A stretch of 64,000 bases of DNA from Botryllus schlosseri (taxonomy: Eukaryota), in NCBI GenBank assembly GCA_051294905.1, contig CM119373.1:3596001-3660000 (forward strand), given 5' to 3'. Under the pieces are notes generated by a model that worked only from the letters and a program-made list of their open reading frames with translations, did no database searches and was not told the origin of the DNA. Made by a program: the position numbers and the translations under genes. The first letter of the stretch is position 1. Each line of letters opens with the position of its first letter. Shown here piece after piece: positions 40,101 through 52,771 of this stretch.

Positions 40101-43100
40101 GATAGTTTTCAAGCAAAAAACTAACGTCAATATCGATTTTTACTCCAGGGGTGGCCAACCCTCCGCAGTAGAAGACAAATTATGCCCCCGACGATAGGCT
40201 ACTTCATTCAATTAGGATGTGTTGGCTGCCGTCAATATGCAAATTAAATTTACGAATTGACTTCCTAATTAATGAGAGGTTTGAATTATTCCTGAAATCT
40301 TCTTCGCTCTATGCGCGGTCCAATGCGAGGTGATTCTCGATTTTAATATAGTAGTCGCCTTTGTAATCTAAGTCACAAGTACAGATGCGAACAACAGAGG
40401 AAAATGATGTGCCCCATCAAGAATTTCCTATTTGTAATCGTGTTCTCGTCATCACGAAGGAAATCTGTTTCTGGTAGGCGTAAATTTAGGCGAATCCAAA
40501 ATATTTCCACTATTCCGGCAATCCTGATGGGACACAAGAGCATGCGACAAAGAGAACTAGTAACAATTGGACCAATCAAAGATGCAGCACAGCAGCATTA
40601 ATAACTTCCCTAAATTTTCGAAGACATCCCCTGCATCAACTCTACCGGTGAATCTGATCACATGGACTGAGAAAGAACAAATATTTGATAGTAATATGTG
40701 AAACTATACTAATATTATTGACGAAATTCAATCATGGATATGAAAAAATTTTCGCGCTTGGCGCAACTACAAAATGCATCCGTGTACCTGTTCATAACAT
40801 GACTACTCACGATTTCGGTGCGCATATTAAGCCGATATTATTATATAGATTAGTCCGGAGTTCACCGGCAATGGACATGGACAGTTTAACGTGGTTATTT
40901 GGCCTCCAGTTACTTCATTACGACTATGAACTGAAATGCGGCCGTGCGCTACATAAGTAATTGATTGTGGCCGTGAATAGCAAAAAGGTTGGCCACCCCT
41001 GTTTTAGTTGCTGAAGAGTGTTGTCATGTATCGTGCGCAGCTCACAGTTCAAAATAGAATGAAATTGATGATATTGATATTTTTTGTTGTATTTGTATTT
41101 CTTCAATAAAATATTATTTATTTTATGATAACTATATGCCCGTCGCCCATGTAAGAGAGCACAGCGTTACACTGACGAAGAGTTATCGAAACGTGGTTGT
41201 TAAACTGCGTTGCATAATTTTATCTCGATATTGAAGTCATGCGGCCCGCGGCCCATACGAATTTTGAAATGTGGCCCGCGACCCATTTTGAGTTGGCGAC
41301 CCCTGGTGTAGATAAAATAGAAATACCCAATTCTACGCATATAGAGAGAACGAATCTACCTGAGACACGCATGAATCGTTTTTTATAAGCACATCACTGA
41401 AATAACTAAGACTGGAGTGGCCAATCTGAAATCACACTCGTGATCCGAATTATGTCAATCTCGTTTAGGATTTCTGTGATGTTTAGCAGTTGAAACGTTT
41501 CAAACTGCGTGGGCCTTAAGGTCAAGATGTCGCGCCAGAAAATAAACATAAAAAATAAAATAGGAAGTATTTACCTCAGAACAGTAGTTCTCAAACTTTT
41601 TAGGACACGACCCCCCTTATGATGATGAAAGATTTCACATCCCCCTTATCGTCATATCACAAAACGCAACCAGGATGCTAGCAAACCTAATCGGTAGTTT
41701 GATGGCATGGAAGGTTACGACTGTGGATGAGAGATTTTGAGATATGAAATTCAGACTAAATACAAAGCAATAATTATGAATCTCGTATAATCGCACGTAG
41801 CGGGGAATTTTTTTTCAGTTTCGCGCCTCCTCCAGATGCTTTCACGTCTCCAGTTCGAGAACCACTGCCTTAAAATTATCATGGTGAAATATGCGAAGAA
41901 AAAGTTTAATCAAGTCCCTGCATTAATTCGATTTTTAGTACGTGTACGTAAGACGCTCGCGGGCAGCACAGAACGGTGTTGCGGGCCGCATGCAGCCCGC
42001 GGGCCGTAGTTTGCCCACCACTGCATTAGAATCACAGATACAGCCACGAATTTTTAACTAGATTACATTAGAATTACAGTTTATAGCTACACAGTTTTCC
42101 CATGTCACATCAAAATTACATTTAGAGCTACACAGTTTATTTTAAAACTAGATTAGAATTAAAATTGTATACCGGACATATAGTTTTTTTAAATAGTCAA
42201 TAGTGATTCGGGATATGGTGAGGTTGTTTGTTGTTGTTTTGTGGTATTCATGGTGGTTGACGACTACTATGATCATTTACACCAGACCAATTTTCTTCAT
42301 TTTATTCCATAGCTGCAGACTCGCAGCACGGCCCACTTCTAGGCTTTTTTGTAAGACACCGCCTACACGGATGAGATGGTGAGGAGGAGCCTGGATAAAC
42401 CTCCAACACTTGGGTAGGAATTCTGGAGTCGACCTCGGTCGGACTCGAACCCGCAACCCATTGGTGTTGCAGCTGTGGATTACACCATTACGCTATCTCG
42501 CCATTATATGGTGTTATTGTAAAATGATCCGATTCAACCGATGCCTATATATGACCAACGCATACTCAATAACTAACCAGCATAAAAATATGTTACAGGG
42601 GCAGCATGTACACTTTGTGGCGCATATCCGGCAACCACCTGCCACATATATGCGGACCAAGATAAATGCACTGCGTCAGAACTTTGGAACGCTTTATTTC
42701 AAAATTATGCCGACTGCATCGGAACCAGTTCGGTCATTCATAGAGGCATCAGTGGCACGCCGATGGAACTTATGACAAACACAACATTGGACGTTGAATT
42801 CGTAACCGATTACATATTGTACCCATGCCAAGGACCCGCAAGAGAAGGCATACCAACACTGGGAACTGGGAAACCAATTCAAAAAATCGAAACCGTAAAT
42901 GGACTGAATGATATTTGCCAGAGCGTCATCCACAGTACGCCACCATCCGTCACAGAATCGCCAAAAACGCCAACCGAGACACACACGAACATAAGTCAGC
43001 CTGCACAGCCGATAACTCCCATACCAATGAGTGGTCAGCAAACCACAGCAACACAGCCACCTACGATGAAACCTACGGAAACAGCAGCAGTGACAGACCC

Positions 43101-44627
43101 CTTAATGACTATTCTATCAACAACAAAGTTACTAGTTCAAACTACGCAGCACACATCACAAACAAATAGTAGAAGTCACTCATTTGAAACTTCCACGGCA
43201 GCATCGGTCACACAAATTTGGGTAACAACATCGATACAGCAACCCACAACACAGATTCCACAACAATCAACAGCCTTGTATCAAAATTTGACAACAGTTG
43301 ACCCCAAAACCCAGTTGGCAGATCAACCGGTGATCACAATTGGGCTCGAAACTTCGACAACAGATGCACCTCATGGCATATATTCAACGACAGCGATAAA
43401 TGAAGCACTGGAATATGGAGCTACCCGTCATGAGAGAAGTGAGTACGTAAATGACAATTACCATTACCGAGGCGCAAGGTTGTAACGATACTAGGTCAAC
43501 CTGGGTCTCACAACTTACAACATATTTGTATTTCATCTATCAATTCTAGTACTTGAAAAAGCAGTGCTAAACTGAGGAAAATTACTATATTTTCAATGTG
43601 GGCCAGTAGATATCACCCAATCAAGGTTGTAAAAACATCGGACTGAACATGACTTGAACTCCAAACTGAGCAGGGAACACAATGACTTGGACTCGAGTCT
43701 CAATACTATGTCTCGGACTCAACCCTATGCTCTCCAACTCCGACTTGACTTGATGGTGAATTGAAAGTGACACGACTTAAGTTGAGTCAAAACTATACAA
43801 GTAATTTTGACTTGTGACTAAGAACCTAGTGACTTGGTTACAATTACAACACTGCTGAGGCAAGAGAGTGATACATTAAGCCTGAAACAGTGAACGATAT
43901 CTCTCCATCTCCAATTAAAAGGTACGGTCAGATTTTTGACAAAAGAATCAGATATCAGATTAGTACATTTTCATTCATAAGCCTACTGGTACTAATGACT
44001 GGAGAGGTGAACTGTCAGCGAAATGGCCTAATATCCTTTAAAATGCCAATAATGTTGCTACCAAAGCAAGATTGATCACATTCGGAACACTTCAGGATCG
44101 TGACCACATAATTTCTGTGCCTCGGATAATGAGTGTGATTTAATGTTAGCGAAACAGGAAATATTGTTCCATTTAATAGTTTACACAGGAACTACTTCTT
44201 TTGAATGCGTACATTCGCGATCGTAAAGAAATTATCACTTATCTTATTCAATGACATTTTTCATGTCTGCATACAAGCATTAAAGTTAAGAAGTTCAATG
44301 CATCCAAGCTGTAATGTTGAGGAATAGCATTCCTTAATCCGATACTTTTTACAGATGAAGAGACCACCGCAGATCCACAGAAGCAACCAGAGAGCCCTCA
44401 CTCAACGTCCACAGGCTTTCATATTATGGCAATCATATTGTCTCTACTGGTTGCAATATTTATAATGTAAGACAAATTTGAATTATGGCATCATTACATA
44501 TGTAACTGTTGTGGTTTATTTCAGTGTGTTAATATGGAGACTGCGCAAGAGGAGTACCAACAAGAAGAAGCTTCAATCGCAAAGAACGCACAGCAGTGAA
44601 AAAGAGCAACAGGAAACTTTTGTATAG
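37116..44627 (+). CDS. Gene D: CUB-like + long mucin stalk + TM + tail ending ETFV (443 aa predicted)
   Basis: Exons 37116-37173 (signal MRISQWLILVWYLVTIIST), 38936-39154 (C..YNQVCTWSV..IVMRFTELDIDCDKGYL, the clearest CUB N-half), 42599-43438, 44355-44466, 44525-44627. Total 1332 nt, open frame. Confidence 0.88.
37550..38638. mobile_element. pogo-type MITE, second copy (reverse orientation)
   Basis: Reverse complement of 18430-19253, with an internal ~130-bp tandem duplication (~38180-38450) and an 88-bp filler near the left TIR. Confidence 0.85.
39395..39593 (+). repeat. Degenerate ~40-bp minisatellite (TATAGCTACACAGTT core), continuing at 42024-42170 after the transposon stack
   Basis: Repeated TAGCTACACAGTT/ATTACATTAGAA units on both sides of 39594-42023. 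Confidence 0.7.
39994..41305. mobile_element. Middle hAT MITE
   Basis: TIR CAGGGGTCACCAAC / GTTGGCGACCCCTG, perfect TSD GTGTAGAT. Confidence 0.92.
40146..41001. mobile_element. Inner hAT non-autonomous element
   Basis: TIR CAGGGGTGGCCAACC / GGTTGGCCACCCCTG, degenerate TSD TTTTACTC/TTTTAGTT. Confidence 0.85.
41582..41867. mobile_element. Small hAT MITE
   Basis: Ends CAGTAGTTCTC / GAGAACCACTG, TSD CCTCAGAA/CCTTAAAA (6/8). Confidence 0.7.
42395..42502 (-). mobile_element. tRNA-derived SINE head (family 2)
   Basis: Minus strand GGCGAGATAGCGTAATGG ... GGTTCGAGTCC ... GGAGGTTTATCC, parallels 20940-21031. Confidence 0.6.
43622..43854. mobile_element. Internally deleted GACTCGAGTC MITE (reverse orientation)
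   Basis: Reverse-complement similarity to the ends of 29763-30285. Confidence 0.65.
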
Positions 44628-45397
44628 AGGGCAATTGTGTGTAATTTATTCCGCTGGGAGTTCACCGTTTCTCTTAGTTGAACAATGAATGTAACTCTGT
44701 CTTCTAAAACAGGAAAATGTACATGAGAATTTAGTGGTCAAAGTTTAACCACAATTATGCTAAGAATTGCACTTTTTAAACATTATGGTTGGATTATGTT
44801 CACTACTGGAGCAACTTTCACTTACAAAAATTGATTACATCGAAAGTTATCATTCATCATTACCATTCAAATTTCTGAGAACATTGAGGCAACCTGCAGA
44901 GTCAAGTTGCTTGTTTCGTTTTAGAGGAAATTACAAAAGGTGATTCGGATACGTGACTAGTGGTTCAATGATGATGATGGGACCTAACTCGTAATCATTC
45001 TTACCTATGTTGCACCTATTTCCATCATCGTGCTACAGTTCAGTGTCATATTGAATATACCAGATTGACGATATTGAACTGTTCCATCACAAGACGATTT
45101 CTATTGGCCAGTGGAAGGTAACTTTGGCAGTCAGAAGAAGAATGAATGACAAGTTTCAGTAGTGCATCTATTCAGGATTTAAAAATTGGAAAGACCTATA
45201 TGGTGTGTGCATTTCAAGTTTATCGTGTTCATATTCTAGCTTTTAGTGATAAACATGGAGTACATCCAGGAGACCAAGAAGATCCCGTAAATTCCAGGCT
45301 GTGTATAATAAACATTCGATATATTAGAAGTCTTTTCAAATTCGAATCTCGCAGCTGCATTAGGTTGTGTTTAAAGAAGGAGACCTCAACAAGACAT

Positions 45398-48300
45398 ATG
45401 GAGTTAGTCTCACGCAGGATAACCATGATGTGCTTCTGGATCAGTCTACCTGCAGGTAATTTCGATTTGACAGAAATGTAAAATGATGTAATTCCATGGC
45501 ACTATTATTATGTCTATACATTGTGTGCATACATACGAAAATAAAGTGAATATTCGGTTTGATATAACAGGTGGGCATATAATTTTAATAGCACATGTAC
45601 AAGCCTAGCTTTATTCAATACTTCAGTTGATCGATTTTAATTTAGGATTCAAGCTCAAATGATTACAGACAGTAAAGTGCAAATCGTTATATCGACAAGA
45701 ACAGAGGTTACTAGCTCGAAAGTGCTGAAGGCCACTGTTTAATCTTGATCACAAGTTAATATTACCGATATCAGTTTGGCCCAAATGGTATGCTGCGAAG
45801 GCAAGATTTGGTAGGCTGATCTGGTATGGGATCTTTTGAAATTGTGTAAGGTTTGCGAGCTTTTGGTAGCATATGGATCCTACTGGCTTGCCACGCAGTT
45901 GCACAATGGTGACTATCGCTGCGTCTGGTTGATTTCGACCACACGCCACAATTGAGCCGCGACTGATCAAACATATACCGTTGCTTGTGCAAATATGTCA
46001 ATATTACATTCCAGATTCTAGGTAACTGAACATATTGAAACCTACTTGCCTCACTTGTACGATATAGTTTTGGCAAACCCAGCGTTATTAGGATATCAGG
46101 GTTGTGACCAAGTCACAAGGTTCCGAGTCACAAGTCAATCTCCCGTTTATAGTTTTGACTCGAGTAAAGTCGAGTCATTCTCAATTCACCACCGAGTCAA
46201 GTCCGAGTCCAAGTCACGGAGTAGAGTGTCGAGTCTGAGTCACAGTGCTTTGACTCGAGTCCGAGTCCAAGTCACTATGTTGACAGTGCAGTTCCGAGTT
46301 AATGCCATGCAAAACCCACTTTTTACAACTTTGCTCGGTGATATCGAGTGCATTGCATTCACAATATACTTACTGTCCTCACTTTTAACAGTCTCTGGTA
46401 GCATTTGCAAGTACCAGTCCAGTACGGATAGAAAAAATAATAATAGTGTGATAACTTTACTGTTCTTCGAAAATACAACGACATCCCTGTCTTGGTAGAC
46501 CCAGTCTCGAACCATATGACTTGGTTCAAGTCATGCGCAATGACTCGAGTACATGTCGAATCATTACACAAATTGACTCCAGTTGAGTCATTTTTCATTT
46601 TTGTGAAAATGACTTGAGTCAAGTCACCAAAGAATCGCGACTCGAGTCATTACAACCCTGTTGGATTAAAGCAAATTAGAAATCTTAATCCACATTTTTT
46701 TTCAATTCAGAATTATACAGGTTTGCTCAAGAAGTTACTGGCGTATCATTCGAGATTACCCGGCCCACTGGCAAATTATAGATTACCATTTACAGCTCAC
46801 TAACCACCTTCACAATTTTTTCCAGTCTACGGAATAATCACCCAAAACGGTGATGGCTGTACAGGCAGTACCATCGACGAGATGACTGAAAGAACTGGTG
46901 AATTATTTGTCAGCAACGACGATAACCGAGACTGTGATTGGACCTTCCACTTGCCAGGGCACCTCCAAGCCAATGCAATAATAATGCATATCATGGATGT
47001 AGATATCGATTGCAACAAAGGATATTTAGGGTTTACTGATCAATACGGTAATTACTAGGGCAAGTTTTTGCAACTTTTGCAACTTTTTTTTACAGCTTCC
47101 GGAAGCTTCGTAAATAGGGTGGAGTGAAAAATGGAAAATTTTGAATTTCAAAACGGACACTTGATATGTGGTGCCAAATTAAAAAAAAATAATTTCTATA
47201 TTAATTTTGGGCTCGTGCACCCTCTAGTGGTCGTGCAATTGCAACGAACGAGCCACAAATATCAAATTTTGATATATATTGATTACCGCTTATGCTAGAA
47301 AGCTGGTTCTGGGCTTAAAAGATGCGGAAGCAACAAGTTTCTATCTCACTTCCACAGAACTTCGTCTTCAAAATGAACAGAAAAAAAGTTACGAGCAAAT
47401 TTTTGATCTTTAGACCATTTTTCGGTAAAAATTACGCACTGAAGCAGGCTACGAGGCCAAAAGCGTGTAGTGATTGATCTTATGACTGACAGCTCTATAT
47501 TAAAAGCACATAAATTGCAAATACATATTGAAAACACAAAAACACCAATTCTATATTGAAACAAGATATACTTCGAATATGGTTTCACTACCAGAGTATT
47601 ATTATGCACAAACTTTAAAATCTTGTTTTGTAATAAAGGATTTCATCTGCTTTCGAGGTTTCAGTTTTTGTGTGATGAGGCCATCTCTACGTTCAAATCC
47701 CGACACATGGGCAATCGGCATATGCTTCGGTCACCACTTTAACGTCTCTTTCCACTGCCTGGTTGTGCCAAGGATGATTGATCCTTAATGGTGATGACCT
47801 TGGATTTTCCAGCTCGAGATATGAAAAGTTTTTGATTGCTGGTGGCTGTTCCACATCTTTTAGATGAAAGTTGGCAATTAAGTGGTATGATTTGGCCTTG
47901 ATGTTTATAATTGGGATTTTTAACAATCTGATTCTAGTATCAACGTTGTTTTTAGGTTTCGGTTCATTATCATATCCTCCTTCTAAGTCGTCAATTGCAA
48001 TATGATATTCTGTTTGATCTGCTCATAGTTGTAGTCTTGCAAGTCTTCTGAGGCCTTCATCATCATCACCGAGCATTCCCAGATGTGCAAAACATGCCTT
48101 TTGTTGTAGCAAAGATAGTGCAAGGTTACGAATTGTGTATTAGAAAGCTTTTGTAACATGGGAAACTATGTTGCAGAAGTTTTTAGCACCATCAACAATG
48201 GAATCGTGCCTTTTTATTTCAAACCATGACGGACAATAAACCTCAATGCAGAATTGAGCAAGATAGTTCAGATTGCTTGATGGATGACTCTGTCGCACAT

Positions 48301-51300
48301 AGCAACTCAATATTCGGCATGTTATATGTGGGACTGAATCACCCATAATTGTGCCTTTTTATTTCAAACCATGACAGAAAATAAACCTCCATGCAGAATT
48401 GAGTAAGATAGTTCAGATTACCTGATTGATGACTCTGTCCCACATAGAACATGCCAAATTTTGACGTTCTATACATAGCATACATGTGCGACAGAGTCAT
48501 CCATCAAGCAATCTGAACTATCTTGCTTAATTCTGCATGGAGTTTTATTATCCATCATGGTCTGAAATAAAAAGTCACAATTGTTGATGGTACTGAAGCT
48601 TGTGCAAAATAGTTTCCCATATTACAAAGCTTTCTGATACACGAATTCGCAACCTTGCACTACCTTTGCTACAACGAAAAGCATATTTTGCACATCCGGA
48701 TAATGTTTTTTGGGAATGCTCGGTGATGATGATGAAGGCCTCGGAAGACTTGCAAGATTACAACTATGAGCAGATCAAACAGAACACCAGATTCCAATTA
48801 GCGACTTTGAAGGAGGATATGTTAATGAAACAAAACCTAAAAACAACGTTGACACTAGAATCAGATTGTTTAAAATCCCAATTATAAACATCAAGGTCAA
48901 ATCATACCACTAAATTGTCAACTTGAATCAAAAAGATATGGAACAGCCATGAGCAATCAAAAACTCACCATATCTCGAGATGGAAAATCTAAGGTCATCT
49001 CCTCAAACATCCCTGGCACAACCAGGCAGTGGAAAGAGACGTTAAAGTGGTGATCAAATCATCTGCCCATGTGTCGGGATTTAACCGTAGAGATGGCTTA
49101 ATCAGAGAAAAACTGAAGTCTCAAAAACAGATGAAATCCTTTATTACGAAACAAGATTTTAAAGTTTGTGCATAATAATACTCTGGTAGTGAAACCATAT
49201 TCGAAATATATCTTTTTTCAATATAGAATTGATGTTTTTCTGTTTTCAATATGGATTTGCAATTTATGTGCTTTTAATATAGAGTTGTCAGTCAAAAGAT
49301 CAATCACTACACGCTTTTGGCCTCGTACCCTGCTTCAGTGCGTAATTTTACCGAAAAATGGTCTAAAAAACAAAAATTTGCTCGTAACTTTTTTTCTGTT
49401 CATTTTGAAGACGAAGTTCTGTGGAAGTGAGATAAAAACTTGTTGCTTCCGCATCTTTTGAGCCCAAAACCAGCTTTCTAGCGGAAGCGGTCATCAATAT
49501 ATAGCAAAATTAGCTATTTTTGGCTCGTTCGGTGCAATTGCACGACCACTGGAGGGTGCACGAGCCCAAAATTATTACAGAAATTATTTTTTTTTAATTT
49601 GGCACCACATATCAAGTGTCCGTTTTGAAATTCAAAATTTTCCATTTTTCACTCCACCCTATTCGTAAATACTCATAATGTATGTAGTATGGTGTTTTAA
49701 TCTGTTTGGAGGAGTTTTATGTTGCAACTTTTGTCTATATTTTTCATGCAACTTTTTTCTGCAATTTTTATCAAGTATTGCGCAAAATATGCTATAAAAC
49801 TATAATAAAGACTAAATTAATGGATTTCAAGTGACAATGCGGCCCACCATAGGCGCCGGACGCAGGTATACTGGGCATGCCGTGTTTACCTAGCAATTTT
49901 TTTCGGGTGTGCGGCATACTCACTATTCCGTTAGTCATGAAACTCCTTGAACTAACTGGTAAATTGTGCGAACCCAATGTAAATAAAAATGTAACCATGA
50001 TCGATTGAATAGCGAAGGAAGAAACGGAACAAGCAGACACCATACAAATTTTAAACTGCCGGAACCTTTCGAGTATCTCATACCCTCATGATTTCAAAAA
50101 AAATGTTTAAATGCAACTTGTGCAATTTTTGGTAAAATTAAAAAAATAAATGCAACTTTCTCAGGTTTTTAGTGCAACAAAAACTTGCCCTAGTAATTAC
50201 TAATCTAAAATATTTCGGCTTACAGATATGAAGCAGATTGCTCACATCATTTTGCTTGAGCAGTACTTCAACTGTGCATGAAATTGGAACAAATTTGGTA
50301 AGATTAACCCTTTGGCGGCCTCTAATTAATTGAATCTCAAGTGAACAAACATAACATGAACATTATCATGGAGCTGCTGCTTTATGTTAGTTACCTAATG
50401 CTTATGTCGCAGCTAATAACTAATGATTTTGTAGAATACTTTTGATAAACTGATCATCAACTGAAAACGTATTGTGACGATAACATGAAAATTAATTGAA
50501 ACCAAGAAACAGATGGGTATATGAATGAAGAAAGCGATGATAGATTGTAAAGCATCTATTCATTGACGAACGCTCAAAATGACATAAATGGTGTAGGAAA
50601 GTGGCTATTAATCAAATCCATGGGAACAGATGATTGGCCATGAACAACATTGACGTAAATGCAACGCTCATTCAAGCCATAACAATTATTGTGTAGCAGT
50701 TACCAGCTTACAGCTTTTACTGGCAATGCCATGATTTCCACTGCAGAATGAACACATCACAATATTACTATCAACAGGACCTGGATGTGGATTATGCGAA
50801 AAGGTAGACATTCCAACAGATTTCTGCCAAGTGTACATTGAAGAAAATGTCTGTACAGAAGTTGAAATATGGCAGGCCGTAGCACTCCACTACCCGCAGT
50901 GTACGCACAACATAATCCACCGAGGCACACGAGATCTATCGTTGCATTTAGTAACAACGGGAGCAAGCTGGAGAGAATTCACGCTGGAATACACGTTGCA
51001 TTCATGTACAGGTTCCACGAATCCGGCGGTACCGGTACTCGGCTTAGGGCCGCCAATTAAAAAGGGCATATTGTCGTCAAAATTTTTTCCGCATGGTTGT
51101 CCGGTTACGTTACCGCAAGAAGAAAAGACTACAGCACTGTTTGTAGAAGATGATACGACTTCTGATATGAGTAGAGAAGAACATTTGCTCTCTACCATTG
51201 AAAATACAGATACAACGAGCGTGGAAGATACCGCTCAATATCAAACTACAACGGACGGCAACACGATCAAATCAACAACTGAGACAGCAACCACAAGCAA

Positions 51301-52771
51301 CAAACTTACAGCTAAACAACCATTCACGACAGAGGAAGACAGACTAACAGAAAAGACTTCAACTTCAGATGAAGATTTGAGTGGCGAAAGATATACCATA
51401 CAAAGTACTGAAAGACTGCAATTGGTGATAAATGTAGACAAAAATTCTCATAACCCTGCAAACCCGACTGAAGCGAATAGCGAGGTGGTCAAGCCATCGA
51501 CTGGAGCAAGTACTACAAGCAACATGTTCACCACAAAACAACCATTTACAGAAGAGTATGATGAAACAAAAAGTCAGAACTTGAATTCCAAGGAAGATTC
51601 AAGTTATACAGCATATGATGTCCAAAGTACTGAAATAATGCGCTTAGTAACAACAGAAGATGGCAGTAATCGGGGAAGCCAACCAATCCTGTCAACGAGA
51701 GCTCTAAATAACAGAACAGCCATGCTGAGAGATACAATAGCCACAGCAACAGAGGGATACCACACACAATCAGGTAAGCAAAGCAGTTCCAAATGGAGAT
51801 GATCGCAGGTGTCCAACAGTCAACATTTAGTAGGCCATAATTCAAATAATTTCAAGTCGAGACATAATGAATGTGTCACTGCGAATACAGCTCACGTCAA
51901 GCTGTAATCAAGGATTACGTTTGTGGGCGTAGCACTTCGATATGGTTTAAAAATAATTCAAGCTATCCAATGTCATGTCTATTGACGGGCAAAAGAAACC
52001 CCGGATTCGGAACCCAGTCAATTCAGTTTTCATGACATATAAATCCTTTCCAGCATGTACAATTGAATCAACATGAATAATAGAACCTAATATTGGGCAT
52101 AACTGGCCACTGACTTGAACGAGGCAATTTTCGTGCTAAGAGATCCGGTTCAAATGGAAGTGATAATGCAAAAAGTACTACAATTGTTCTAGCACTCAGC
52201 TCGCTTATTCAAGAACCACACTCATTCTTTTGAATGCAATTGCCAAGATGCAAGATACCCTGAACATAGGTGGTGCACATGCCATCCATTCTCATTCAGT
52301 TGATCTTGAAGATCAGACAGAAATGATACTTGGAAATTTATAACGAGACACTGTAGCAGTTAACTGTGTATTTTAATAACAAAGCATTGAAGTTTCCTTG
52401 GACTGGGAAGGTTTTCGTGCTTTTCTAATCCGGCGAACAACTATTTTCGATCTCAAGATGCATTTAGGCTGTTAACTAACCAGCCATTTGAATACTGTCA
52501 ATTTATATCTTATGTTTTATTACCCGGCGATACAGATCAACCCAGTGGCAAACCAAGTGAAGACGCAAGTAATATCTGGATTACGGTGATAATTCTTGGA
52601 GTGTTGCTATTATTAGGCATCGTAACGCTCATCGCATTGATAATCAGAAAGTAAGATTTGGCAAAATTGCGATCGCGACAAGTTAATATGTGGTCTTCAA
52701 CGTATCCTTATCTCTTTTGCAGGAAATGGCATAATGACAAATATCATTCTGGAACAATTCACAATACATAG
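45398..52771 (+). CDS. Gene E: CUB-like + long mucin stalk + TM + short tail (479 aa predicted)
   Basis: Exons 45398-45455 (signal), 46826-47047 (C..NRDCDWTF..IIMHIMDVDIDCNKGYL), 50778-51773, 52536-52650 (TM IWITVIILGVLLLLGIVTLIALII), 52723-52771. Total 1440 nt, open frame. Confidence 0.87.
46097..46660. mobile_element. GACTCGAGTC hAT MITE (copy 3)
   Basis: TIR CAGGGTTGT / ACAACCCTG. Aligns with copies 1 and 2. Confidence 0.85.
47056..50192. mobile_element. Non-autonomous hAT element at the exon-2 donor of gene E
   Basis: 15-bp perfect TIR TAGGGCAAGTTTTTG, GCAACTTT subterminal repeats, perfect TSD GTAATTAC (47048-55, 50193-200). Confidence 0.93.
47115..49661. mobile_element. Nested foldback hAT derivative with ~1.2 kb inverted arms carrying transposase C-terminal remnants
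   Basis: Ends TAGGGTGGAGTG / CACTCCACCCTA, perfect TSD TTCGTAAA. The arms encode decayed YCPSWFEIK, AYFAHP and HNQAVERDVKVVTEA motifs in opposite orientations. Confidence 0.9.

Larger units (their letters stand above)
39594..42023. mobile_element. Outer hAT MITE of a nested stack
   Basis: Starts CAGGGG, ends TTTGCCCACCACTG, perfect TSD CATTAGAA (39586-93, 42024-31). Confidence 0.85.

Noticed and set aside
45771-46076. Minus-strand ORF containing LPRIWN, reminiscent of LINE RT C-termini
   Set aside because: A single short motif with no other RT or endonuclease signature.
29763-46660. Clusters of GACTCGAGTC/AAGTC repeats superficially like a CRISPR or operator array
   Set aside because: Spacing is irregular, there are no unique spacers or cas genes, and the repeats sit inside TIR/TSD-bounded hAT MITEs in eukaryotic introns.
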